Source: an uncultured Gammaproteobacteria bacterium (lineage in GTDB: Bacteria > Patescibacteriota > Microgenomatia > Daviesbacterales > UBA10151). From it: a DNA stretch of 64,000 nucleotides. The stretch covers positions 11,758-75,757 of the forward strand of contig CAYOOO010000003.1 of NCBI GenBank assembly GCA_964405655.1. The letters are read 5' to 3'. Shown here piece by piece: positions 1 to 8,873 of the stretch. Below the pieces are notes generated by a model, which worked only from the letters and a program-made list of their open reading frames with translations, was not told the DNA's origin and ran no database searches. Positions within the stretch are counted from its first letter, which is position 1, and each line of letters starts with the position of its first letter. A program made the position numbers and the translations under genes.

Positions 1-35
1 CAGTCATTCCAAAAACGAAAATTTGTAGCGGCAGT

Positions 36-413
36 TCACTCCTCTGCATGAGAACGAGAAATCTTTAAAGCACCAAGAAATACTGCTAGACCCAGCAAGC
101 CAATTAAACCAAATTTGATAAAATCTCTACCCCCTCCTGTTGCCCCCAGGACTTTGGTAGCACCTAAGACTTCTTGCTTGGCAGAGGATGAGGCAGCAGA
201 TGGTGAAGGTGAAGTTAAAGGAGAAGGTGAGGCAGAGGCACTGGGCGAAGGAGAAGGACTAGCTGAAGCTGAGGGTGATGGTGAGGGACTAATATTTGGT
301 GAGGCCGAAGGTGAGGCAGTTTGAGCTAAAACTGAAAAAGGTAAAACCACAAAAAGCGAGCAAGCTAGCAAAACAACTATCTGAATAACTAATCTACCAG
401 GCAGTTTAAACAT
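36..413 (-). CDS. Secreted Ser/Pro-rich protein with C-terminal sorting-signal-like motif
   Basis: Likely start is the ATG at 413 (MFKLPG), not 494. Signal peptide ending VLAQ, SPSPSASA repeats, then VLGATKVLGATGG, a hydrophobic helix and a short charged tail. Confidence 0.7.
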   Translation of the reverse strand: MFKLPGRLVIQIVVLLACSLFVVLPFSVLAQTASPSASPNISPSPSPSASASPSPSPSASASPSPLTSPSPSAASSSAKQEVLGATKVLGATGGGRDFIKFGLIGLLGLAVFLGALKISRSHAEE

Positions 414-501
414 GTGATAGTTTAGATTATACAAATAGGTCAAAAATTGCAACCCTAAATTTGATCTTTTCGTGTTACAATCCTTTAGCGACAATAGTTC
501 T

Positions 502-1668
502 ATGAAGCTTCTCCATTTTTCTGATCTTCATATTGGCATGGAGAATTATAGTAAGCTTGATCCCAAGAGTGGGCTTTCAACAAGGCTGTTGGATTTTTTT
601 GAAACTTTTGATTTTATAGTTGATAAGGCATTTGCTGAAGAGGTTGATGCAGTTATCTTTGCTGGGGATGCTTATAAAACCAGGGATCCAAATCCCACTC
701 AACAGCGGGGTTTTGGAGAAAGAATCAGAAAAATTGCCAAAAAAATTCCGGTTGTTTTGGTTGTTGGCAATCATGATACCCCTAATGCAGAAGGTAAAGC
801 TAACACCTTGGATATCTACTCTGCTTTGGAGATTGACAATGTTTGGGTCTCCCGATCCCCTGAACTTTTAGAAATCCCCACCAAGTCTGGAACCTTACAA
901 GTAGTGACTCTCCCCTGGCTTCATAAAAATGATTACAAGCAAGTTGCGGAAAAATTACAGCTGCTGTATGAGAAAATTAAAGATCCACAAGTTAGCGGAC
1001 CTGCTATATTTTTGTCTCATTGCGAGGTAGTCGGTAGCCAATATGGCAGCGAAAAGGGCATGGCAATTGCCAATGATGTCACTATCCCCTTATCACTGAT
1101 CCAGGATAGAAGAATCTCTTATTGTGCCCTAGGTCATATTCACAAACATCAAGTTCTCTCAAAACCGGGTGATACTCCTTTAATAGTTTACTCCGGTTCA
1201 CCCCAAAGAATTGATTTTGGTGAGGAAAAAGAAGAAAAAGGGATTTGCTTGGTGGAAATAAATGGCAAAACCACAGGCTTCCAGTTCATTCCCACCAATG
1301 CTAGAAAGTTTCTGACCATTACCGTCAACCTCAAAGGGTCTGACTCGAGTCCCACCAAGACTGTTTTAGATGAAATAGCAAAACATGATGTTAAAGATAA
1401 AATTATCAGGGTCATAATAAATATCCCGGCAGATTTAGAGCAAGCTTTGGAAATGGATAAAATTAAAAAGCCCTTATCAGATGCTCATGTGATAGCCGGG
1501 ATCTCCAGAAATGTCGAAAGAAGAGAGAGGCTACGCCTTGAAGGAGCCCAAGAGGTTGAAAGACTCACCCCCATAGATGCCCTAAGAAAATACTTTGAAG
1601 CCAAAAAATATTCTAAAGAAAAACAAAAACAGCTAGAAGAATATGCAACAAAGCTTTTAGAAACTTAG
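502..1668 (+). CDS. sbcD: Nuclease SbcCD subunit D (Mre11-like metallophosphoesterase)
   Basis: HFSDLHIG, AGD, GNHD, ALGHIH and YSGSPQRIDFGE motifs; ATG at 502; sbcC lies downstream. Confidence 0.95.
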   Translation: MKLLHFSDLHIGMENYSKLDPKSGLSTRLLDFFETFDFIVDKAFAEEVDAVIFAGDAYKTRDPNPTQQRGFGERIRKIAKKIPVVLVVGNHDTPNAEGKANTLDIYSALEIDNVWVSRSPELLEIPTKSGTLQVVTLPWLHKNDYKQVAEKLQLLYEKIKDPQVSGPAIFLSHCEVVGSQYGSEKGMAIANDVTIPLSLIQDRRISYCALGHIHKHQVLSKPGDTPLIVYSGSPQRIDFGEEKEEKGICLVEINGKTTGFQFIPTNARKFLTITVNLKGSDSSPTKTVLDEIAKHDVKDKIIRVIINIPADLEQALEMDKIKKPLSDAHVIAGISRNVERRERLRLEGAQEVERLTPIDALRKYFEAKKYSKEKQKQLEEYATKLLET

Positions 1669-1689
1669 AAAAAGTTGTATAATAGTAGC

Positions 1690-1920
1690 ATGAAAAAATA
1701 TATTACCTCTACTCCTGATATTGTAGGCGGTGCTCCAGTTGTAGCTGGTACTAGAGTACCTATTGCTAGAATTCTTTATCTTATAAAAGATGGACTAACT
1801 TTAGAGCAAATTCAGGAGCATTATCCCCATGTCAGCTTGGAAACCCTCAGAGGAGTAATAAATGAGCTGGCCCAAAAAGTAGAGACCAAATTTTATGGTC
1901 AAAAAATTTCACAAGCATAA
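1690..1920 (+). CDS. DUF433-family antitoxin
   Basis: ITSTPDIVGGAPVVAGTRVP...IQEHYP signature; overlaps the downstream PIN-like gene; TATAAT 6 nt before the ATG. Confidence 0.88.
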   Translation: MKKYITSTPDIVGGAPVVAGTRVPIARILYLIKDGLTLEQIQEHYPHVSLETLRGVINELAQKVETKFYGQKISQA

Positions 1921-2272
1921 ACTCCTACTTGATGAAAATTTTGATAGCCGGAAATTCTTTCCCCATTTAAACAGTAGGTTTGATATTAAACATCTTTCTC
2001 AAGATTTAAAACAAATTGGATTAAAAGATCCCGACGTACACAAATATGCAATTGAGCAAGAAAGAATAATAATCACCTTCAACATTAAAGACTTTAAACC
2101 CCTAGCCCCACTTAGCAATAAAACAGGTGTTATTGGTGTTTCTGCTAACATGTCTTTGGAAGACATCGATAAGAAACTTACTGCCCTTTTAAATAAATCT
2201 TCCAAGAAATCTTTACTTGGCAAACTAACATTAATTAGTGGAGAAACAGAAAAGTTAAACAATCATAAATAA
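1895..2272 (+). CDS. DUF5615/VapC45-like PIN-domain toxin
   Basis: LLLDEN...GLKDPDV...A..QERIIITFNIKDF motifs; paired with DUF433. Confidence 0.85.
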   Translation: MVKKFHKHKLLLDENFDSRKFFPHLNSRFDIKHLSQDLKQIGLKDPDVHKYAIEQERIIITFNIKDFKPLAPLSNKTGVIGVSANMSLEDIDKKLTALLNKSSKKSLLGKLTLISGETEKLNNHK

Positions 2273-2281
2273 ACTTTGGGA

Positions 2282-2300
2282 TTACACATCCGGTGTGTAA
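2282..2300. terminator. Palindrome between convergent genes (terminator or REP-like)
   Basis: TTACACA-TCCGG-TGTGTAA; a related element lies at 13054-13072. Confidence 0.55.
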
Positions 2301-2438
2301 AGCTACATTCCAATTGAAAAACAATAATTTCGGTGATCCTGGTTACTTAAACCTGAATTCATTAACCTACTCTCAAGATAAATTTATCAAAATTGGAAAC
2401 CAAAAATCAAGAAGTCAAAAATTCTAAGAATTCAAAAT

Positions 2439-3335
2439 TCAAGCTACACTAAACTCACTCCCGCAAACAAGAGCCCGGAAGCCCGGATTGGCATGGCCAA
2501 CAAAGTGGCAGTCGAAAAGCGGCCTGCCAAGCCAGTCGACAAAGGGCACGCCATCAAACCCAAGTATTCCACCTATTAAATCCCAGTACATCGTCTTCAC
2601 CATGTCAGGACGAAGCAAAGCTAAGCCGACACCTTTAAACTGATCTCCTGCCCGTTCTTCCCGCTTCAACTCTTTTCTCACATCTCTTGATTTTCTATTA
2701 ACATACCTTGATCCATCCTGAACCCAAACAGCATGAGGGACTTGAGGAAATGGTTTAACTACTTTTCTTGGATCTTGCCAAACTTCTATATTTTTTAATC
2801 CAGAGGATATATAAGGCTCTAAGACAGTATCTAAACCATCTGGATCATAAAATAGAGAAGACACAGTCATTTGAAACCAGTTAACCCCAAAAGATGTTAA
2901 ATCAGGAACAATTAAAGGCACATTTAGGGCAAGTTCGTCATAATTTGCACCTCTTTCTGGAAATCTTGTTGGCAGCTTGGCAAGAAACTGATCCTTATCT
3001 ATTCCTAAAGGAACAGCCATTCTTTCTACAAGCTCTACTCTTTGTCTTTCCAGTTCATCTTCTAGGGAAATTTCCGGATAAAATTTAGGAGGCTCTACTC
3101 TAGAAGCACGCTCAGAAGATAAACTTTCTACTAACTCCTGCTGAGCTGTTAAGGCTACCTCAGGTTGTGGAACAAAAAATGGATTACTTTCTAGTAAACC
3201 GCTTTCTACTCCTGCCACTAAAGTAGCTCTTATGCCAGCTAAAAGTCGGCTTGCACCAAGATTAGCACTGGGTTTTAGCTCAACCAATCCATTATCTTCA
3301 CCAACTAAAATTATTCTGGGCTCATTTTCCACCAT
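2439..3335 (-). CDS. DUF5701-like/C-type-lectin-fold protein, candidate DGR target with C-terminal variable region
   Basis: C-terminus DLIG..GFDGVPFVDWLGRPLFDCHFVGHANPGFRALVCGS. Nucleotides 2460-2564 have only 8 A in 105 coding-strand bases. TTGACA-17-TAATAT promoter upstream. Confidence 0.65.
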   Translation of the reverse strand: MVENEPRIILVGEDNGLVELKPSANLGASRLLAGIRATLVAGVESGLLESNPFFVPQPEVALTAQQELVESLSSERASRVEPPKFYPEISLEDELERQRVELVERMAVPLGIDKDQFLAKLPTRFPERGANYDELALNVPLIVPDLTSFGVNWFQMTVSSLFYDPDGLDTVLEPYISSGLKNIEVWQDPRKVVKPFPQVPHAVWVQDGSRYVNRKSRDVRKELKREERAGDQFKGVGLALLRPDMVKTMYWDLIGGILGFDGVPFVDWLGRPLFDCHFVGHANPGFRALVCGSEFSVA

Positions 3336-3409
3336 ATGGTTGCTTATATTATCTACTTATAGGCCATTTGTCAAATTAGGTTTTAATTGGTTATACTTGC
3401 CTACACGCT

Positions 3410-5581
3410 ATGGTTCCAGTAAATCTAAAATTATCTAACTTTACCTCTTATGGAGAAAACCCTCCTGAGCTTGATTTTACTAAATTTAAAATGGCTGCTA
3501 TCTCAGGTCCTAATGGAGCAGGCAAATCATCCCTACTTGATGCAATTACCTGGTGTTTATGGGGCTCATCCCGGGCTGGGGATTCCTCAGACCAACTAGT
3601 CCATCTTGGAGCAAGCTCAATGAATGTCGAGTTCTCCTTTGAGCTGGATAAGCATGAGTTTATTGTCAAAAGAATCAGAAACTTAAAATCTGGAGGATCA
3701 ACTTCTTTGGAGTTTTGGTCTGGTTCTCATAACCTAACAGAAGGGACTATTAAGATGACCCAGGAAAAAATTATCACTACTTTGCACTTAAGCTTTGAAA
3801 CTTTTACCAACTCTGCATTTCTTCGTCAAGGCCATGCTGATGAGTTCACCACCCATGGCCCAACTGATCGAAAAAGAATCCTGGCAGATATTTTGGGCCT
3901 GGATCATTATGATAAGTTAGAAGAAAAAGCCAAAGAAAAAATAAAAGAGGTACAAACTAAGCTACAGCTTTTGGAATATCAACTACTGGAGATTGAGGCA
4001 GAATTATCTCAAAAAGAAGATAACCAGGCAAAAAAAATACTGGCTGAGAAAAAAATAACTGAGATTGAGGGCAAAATTGAGATTTTAGAAAAAGAGTTGA
4101 AAAGTTTATCTCAAGAAAAAGCAACCCTTGCTGCCACGCTTGAGCAGCATCAAAAATTAACTCAAACCCTTACAGCTTTGCAATCAGAATTAACTGATAT
4201 CTTAACGCAGGGCAAAAATAGAGCTGAGAAAATAAAAGAACTTGAGGAAAGTTTAGTTAAGCTTCCCCTACTTGATGAGAAATTAGCACAGTTAAAAACA
4301 TTAGAAAAACACAAAGAGGAATATTTAATAGCCTTACAGAAAAAACTGGAAATGGAAAATGCTCTGTCTCAGGTAAAGTCTCAACTAGCCCTAAAAAATC
4401 AGGAAAAACAAACTCTAGAGGAAAAATTAACAGAGATTAAAACTCACCTTGAAAGTTTAAAAAAAGATGCTGCCAGATGTCCCACTTGCAAGCAGTTAAT
4501 TGATCTTGATCAAAAACAAAAAGTAAAAACAGAATATTTGCTGGAGGTAGAAAAAATAAAGCAGCAACTCTCTCAAATAAAAACCGCGGCTGAAGAAAAA
4601 GAAATTGAAAAAATCCAATCAGAGATTAACTTCATAAAACTTGATCCCCAAAAACACCAGCAAATTATTAAGGACTTAAACGAGCTGTCTTCCTTACAAA
4701 AGAAGAAAGAGAGATTAATTGCAGCTCAAGCAACCTTGGAATCTGAGAAAAAAGTTGTTTTAGAGTTAAGAGGACTTTTTAGCAGTAAAAAAACCCAAAT
4801 TGATAAGCTCGAGAAAGAGGTTAAAAGCTTACCCAATCTTGATTCTCACCTCAATCTTTTGCAAAAACAGATTGCTGAAAAAGAGATAAACTTAAGCAGT
4901 TTGCGGGGCGAGGAAAAAGAGACCAGGAACACTTTGGGGCAAGTTTTTCAACTTATTTCCCGCCAAAAACAGTTAGAAAATTTATTCATTACCAGAAAAG
5001 AGGAGAGGCAAGCTTTAGAAAAAGAAAAACAGGTTTTTGAGGAACTTGCTCTGGCTTTTGGTAAAAAAGGCATCCAAGCCATGATTATTGAGGCAGCTAT
5101 TCCGGAAATTGAGGATGAAGCCAATAGATTACTTGAAAGACTAACTGAAGGGAGAATGAAAATCAGGCTGGAAACCCAGCGGGAAACCAAGACCAAAGTA
5201 ACCACTATTGAGGGCGCTAAGGAACGGGCCACTGTGGAAACCTTAGATATTATCATCTCTGATGAGATGGGTGAGAGAGAATATGAGCTATATTCAGGGG
5301 GTGAAGCTTTTAGAGTAAACTTTGCGCTCAGACTGGCAATTTCAAAGCTGTTAACCAATCGGGCTGGGGCAAAACTGCAGTTTTTGGTCATTGATGAGGG
5401 CTTTGGGACTCAGGATGCTCAAGGGAGATCAAGAATTGTGGAGGTAATAGATTCTATCAAAGATGATTTTGAAAAAATTTTAATTATTACTCATTTGGAT
5501 GAGCTAAAAGAGGAGTTTCCAGTTAGAATTGAAGTTTCCAAAAATGCATCAGGATCAACATTTGAAATAGTCGGCGTTTAA
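3410..5581 (+). CDS. sbcC: Nuclease SbcCD subunit C (Rad50-like SMC ATPase)
   Basis: Walker A GPNGAGKS, long coiled coil, CPTC zinc hook, YSGGE signature, IDEGFG Walker B. Confidence 0.95.
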   Translation: MVPVNLKLSNFTSYGENPPELDFTKFKMAAISGPNGAGKSSLLDAITWCLWGSSRAGDSSDQLVHLGASSMNVEFSFELDKHEFIVKRIRNLKSGGSTSLEFWSGSHNLTEGTIKMTQEKIITTLHLSFETFTNSAFLRQGHADEFTTHGPTDRKRILADILGLDHYDKLEEKAKEKIKEVQTKLQLLEYQLLEIEAELSQKEDNQAKKILAEKKITEIEGKIEILEKELKSLSQEKATLAATLEQHQKLTQTLTALQSELTDILTQGKNRAEKIKELEESLVKLPLLDEKLAQLKTLEKHKEEYLIALQKKLEMENALSQVKSQLALKNQEKQTLEEKLTEIKTHLESLKKDAARCPTCKQLIDLDQKQKVKTEYLLEVEKIKQQLSQIKTAAEEKEIEKIQSEINFIKLDPQKHQQIIKDLNELSSLQKKKERLIAAQATLESEKKVVLELRGLFSSKKTQIDKLEKEVKSLPNLDSHLNLLQKQIAEKEINLSSLRGEEKETRNTLGQVFQLISRQKQLENLFITRKEERQALEKEKQVFEELALAFGKKGIQAMIIEAAIPEIEDEANRLLERLTEGRMKIRLETQRETKTKVTTIEGAKERATVETLDIIISDEMGEREYELYSGGEAFRVNFALRLAISKLLTNRAGAKLQFLVIDEGFGTQDAQGRSRIVEVIDSIKDDFEKILIITHLDELKEEFPVRIEVSKNASGSTFEIVGV

Positions 5582-5639
5582 CGCTCTGAGGAAAAGTATC
5601 TAAGGTTGTCAAGTCTTTTAAAACAACTTAGAATTTATC

Positions 5640-6083
5640 TTGATGTCGTTTATCAAGCGCTTATTAGAGTTTTTACTATCTCTAGTCACTTTTTCAGCAA
5701 TAATTTATTTTATTGAACCACCTAAGTCTTGGACTCAAGCTAGCATCTTTCAGATCTTAATCTTTTTTATTCCTCTACTGCTACTATTTACTCTACTTTT
5801 AAACTTAGTCTTAAATCATCTAGCTAGAAGTTTCTCTTTAGCTTTAGGACTTGAAGTAGTAATTGTTCTTTGGGCTGTTGACTATTTTAATATAGTTAGC
5901 CTCTTACTGACTGGTCTGATTACTGGACTTCTACTTTATATTGTTCCCAAAACAAGAGCTATTAAAGGTCTAAGAGCCAAAAGATTACGATTGACCGAAA
6001 GCCAGAATCAGAGTAAGCTTAGCTTGTTTCCGCCAGCTGGCGGACGTAAATTGCCCAGATTTAGAAGGAGAGAAGAGAGATAA
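5640..6083 (+). CDS. Hypothetical 4-TM membrane protein
   Basis: Four hydrophobic segments and a basic tail; its stop overlaps the metG start region. Confidence 0.7.
   Translation: MMSFIKRLLEFLLSLVTFSAIIYFIEPPKSWTQASIFQILIFFIPLLLLFTLLLNLVLNHLARSFSLALGLEVVIVLWAVDYFNIVSLLLTGLITGLLLYIVPKTRAIKGLRAKRLRLTESQNQSKLSLFPPAGGRKLPRFRRREER
5991..6019 (+). promoter_or_regulatory. Putative sigma70 promoter for the metG operon
   Basis: TTGACC-17 bp-TAAGCT inside the 3' end of the upstream ORF. Confidence 0.4.
6029..6044. repeat. Perfect 16-bp palindrome TCCGCCAGCTGGCGGA, copy 1
   Basis: Identical copy at 61522-61537; encodes PPAGG here. Confidence 0.85.
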
Positions 6084-7486
6084 AAAAATTTTACATCACC
6101 ACCACGCTGCCTTATGTTAATGCCGAACCGCATATCGGCTTTGCAATGGAGATAGTACAGGCTGATATAGTCGCACGTTTTCACAGACTAAATAATGAAG
6201 AGGTAGTCTTTAATACTGGTACAGACGAGCATGGAACTAAAATTTATCGGGCTGCTCTAGAGCAAAAAAAAGATCCCCAAGCCTACGTAGATGAGTATGC
6301 AGCAAAGTTCGATGATTTGAAAAAACTTTTAAACTTAAGCTATACAAATTTTATTAGAACCTCAAACCCTGCTCATAAAAAGTCAGCTCAGCAGTTTTGG
6401 GTTAGATGTTTAGAAAGGGGTGATATTTATAAAGATAAGTACTCAATTAAATACTGCGTTGGTTGTGAGTTGGAAAAGACGGAGTCAGAATTAATAGATG
6501 GCAAATGTCCTATTCATCCAAATATAGAAATAGAAACAATGGAGGAAGAAAATTATTTCTTTAAATGGTCAAACTATCAAAAACCGCTCTTAGAATTCTA
6601 CAAAAAGAACCCTGAATTCGTTTTGCCAAATTTCAGATTTAACGAAATTAAACAGTTCGTTGAAAAAGGCCTGCAAGATTTTAGCATCTCCCGTCTCAAA
6701 ACAAAACTTCCTTGGGGAGTAGAAGTCCCTAATGACTCAAATCAGGTTATGTATGTTTGGTTTGACGCTTTAGTAAATTACATCTCAACTTTAGGATGGC
6801 CCGAAGATCTGGAAAAATTCAATGCTTTTTGGCCTGGGGTTCAGGTGGCAGGCAAAGACAATTTAAGACAACAGTCAGCCATGTGGCAAGCCATGCTTAT
6901 GTCAGCTGGATTGCCAAATAGTAAGCAGATCATAATCCATGGATTTATAACTAATAATGGCCAGAAAATGAGCAAGTCTTTAGGTAATGTTATTCACCCA
7001 TTTGATCTGGTTCAAAAATATGGAACAGAGGCAACCAGATTTTTAATTGGTTATGAACTAAATACTTTTGAAGACTCGGACATAACCATGGAAAGGCTAA
7101 ATAAAAGCTACACTGCTAATTTAGCCAATGGACTGGGAAATTTAGTAGCTCGGGTTTCTAAGCTTTGTGAGAAAATAAATTTTGAAGCTCCTAAGCTTGA
7201 AGAAAAATTTGATCCAGAGGTCGAAAAGCTTATTAAAGAATTTAAATTTAATGAGGCACTAAATTGGATTTGGGAGATCATCTCTATCACAGATAGAAGA
7301 GTCAATGAAACTAGGCCTTGGGAAAAAGATGGTTTGGAATTAAAGGAAGATTTAGATGAGCTAGTTAGATTAATTCAAAGAATAGCCTTTAATCTGCAGC
7401 CGTTTCTACCAGAAACTGCAGAAAAGATTCTGAAACAGTTTTCAGGAAAAATAAAATCAGCCCCAGCTCTTTTTCCTAGAATTTAA
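6080..7486 (+). CDS. metG: Methionyl-tRNA synthetase (short form), probable ATA start
   Basis: The frame upstream of ATG 6146 encodes IKKFYITTTLPYVNAEPHIGF (HIGH motif). Also GTDEHG, CVGCE, YVWFDAL and KMSKS. In-frame TAG at 6062-6064. Confidence 0.93.
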   Translation: MKKFYITTTLPYVNAEPHIGFAMEIVQADIVARFHRLNNEEVVFNTGTDEHGTKIYRAALEQKKDPQAYVDEYAAKFDDLKKLLNLSYTNFIRTSNPAHKKSAQQFWVRCLERGDIYKDKYSIKYCVGCELEKTESELIDGKCPIHPNIEIETMEEENYFFKWSNYQKPLLEFYKKNPEFVLPNFRFNEIKQFVEKGLQDFSISRLKTKLPWGVEVPNDSNQVMYVWFDALVNYISTLGWPEDLEKFNAFWPGVQVAGKDNLRQQSAMWQAMLMSAGLPNSKQIIIHGFITNNGQKMSKSLGNVIHPFDLVQKYGTEATRFLIGYELNTFEDSDITMERLNKSYTANLANGLGNLVARVSKLCEKINFEAPKLEEKFDPEVEKLIKEFKFNEALNWIWEIISITDRRVNETRPWEKDGLELKEDLDELVRLIQRIAFNLQPFLPETAEKILKQFSGKIKSAPALFPRI

Positions 7487-7487
7487 T

Positions 7488-7940
7488 ATGACTAAAATTA
7501 AAAAAGAGCTTAAAAGAGGTGTAGATTATATTGGTGTAACTTGTGTTTTTTATTGCCATGATGGTAAAGGTAAGCTGCTTTTGCACAAAAGAAGCAAAAA
7601 CTGTCGGGATGAACAAGGTAAATGGGACCCAGGCGGAGGCAGTATGGAATTTGGTGAGACCTTTGAAGAGGCTGTTTTAAGAGAAATTAAAGAGGAGTAC
7701 TGCTGTAATGTTATAGATTTAAAGTTCTTAGGAGTCCATAATGTCTTACGTGATCATCAAGGTACCAAAACTCACTGGCTGGCACTGCTCTTTTCAGCTA
7801 AAGTTGATCCTAAGCAGGTTAGAATTGGTGAGCCTGATTACATGGATGAGATAGGCTGGTTTAATCTTGATAATTTACCAAACCCTCTTCATTCTCAATT
7901 CCCTCCCTTTTTTAAAATATTTAAAAAGGAAATAAAATAA
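7488..7940 (+). CDS. NUDIX hydrolase
   Basis: Nudix box GGSMEFGETFEEAVLREIKEE. Confidence 0.93.
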   Translation: MTKIKKELKRGVDYIGVTCVFYCHDGKGKLLLHKRSKNCRDEQGKWDPGGGSMEFGETFEEAVLREIKEEYCCNVIDLKFLGVHNVLRDHQGTKTHWLALLFSAKVDPKQVRIGEPDYMDEIGWFNLDNLPNPLHSQFPPFFKIFKKEIK

Positions 7941-7945
7941 ACCTT

Positions 7946-8806
7946 ATGTTAATTGATACTCATGCTCATTTGTTTTGGGATTCATACAAGGAGGATTTTG
8001 ATGAGGTTTTACAAAGAGCAAATGAGCTAGGGATAATTACCATAATTAATGTTGGAGTAGATACAAACTTAAGCGAGCAGGCTTTAAAACAGGCAGAAGA
8101 AATTAAGCAACTGGCAGTCTATTCAACAATTGGAATTCATCCCCATGAGGCAGTTAAATACCATAAAAACCCTGATCAGCTAATCCAGCTTGATATCGAT
8201 CAGTTGGAGGAGATCTATCATCAAAGCCCAACCAAGGTGGTTGCTGTAGGAGAATGCGGTCTAGACTACCTTTTTCCCTCCTCCGCTGTAGCTACGGGGG
8301 GCAAGGAATCTAACTTACCCTTAGATCAAATTAAAAACCTACAAAGACAGTTATTTAAAGCCCAAATTAATCTGGCTAATAAACTAGATCTGCCTCTTCT
8401 GGTTCATTGCCGCGACGATCGATCCAAAATTGCCAATAATATTGAGTGTTGGTTGGAAGTTTTAGATATGGTTAAAAACTCAAAAGGCATCTTACACTGC
8501 TATTCTGGTATGCCAGAGGTGACCGCCAAAGCCTTAAGTTTAGATTTTTTAATCTCTTTTGCCGGTAATCTGACTTATCCTAAAAATGATTACCTTAAGG
8601 AAGCTGCCAAAACTATCCCTTTGGAAAAGATTGCCCTGGAAACCGACAGTCCTTTCTTGCCTCCCCAATCTCAAAGAGGTCAGAGAAACGAACCTAGTTT
8701 TATCTTAGAAACTGCTCAAGTTTTAGCTGAGCTTAAATCTATTACTAAACAGAAGCTGGCTGAACAAACAAGCTTAAATGTCAAAGCATTGCTTAAGCTA
8801 AGTTGA
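7946..8806 (+). CDS. tatD: TatD family DNase
   Basis: IDTHAH, GIHPH, VGECGLDY, HCR, HCYSG, LETDSP and RNEP motifs. Confidence 0.93.
   Translation: MLIDTHAHLFWDSYKEDFDEVLQRANELGIITIINVGVDTNLSEQALKQAEEIKQLAVYSTIGIHPHEAVKYHKNPDQLIQLDIDQLEEIYHQSPTKVVAVGECGLDYLFPSSAVATGGKESNLPLDQIKNLQRQLFKAQINLANKLDLPLLVHCRDDRSKIANNIECWLEVLDMVKNSKGILHCYSGMPEVTAKALSLDFLISFAGNLTYPKNDYLKEAAKTIPLEKIALETDSPFLPPQSQRGQRNEPSFILETAQVLAELKSITKQKLAEQTSLNVKALLKLS
8276..8306. repeat. GC-rich hairpin element in frame within tatD
   Basis: CCCTCCTCCG-CTGTAGCTA-CGGGGGGCAAGG encodes PSSAVATGGK right after GLDY. Confidence 0.6.
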
Positions 8807-8873
8807 AGTTGCTTTCTACCCTTAAAGTTTCTAAAATTAACACTAACTACCGCCAAGGCGGCAGTGTTTCTAT

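Noticed and set aside
115-324. 69-aa Glu/Gly-repeat ORF on +
   Set aside because: Antisense shadow of the SPSPSASA repeats of the real minus-strand gene.
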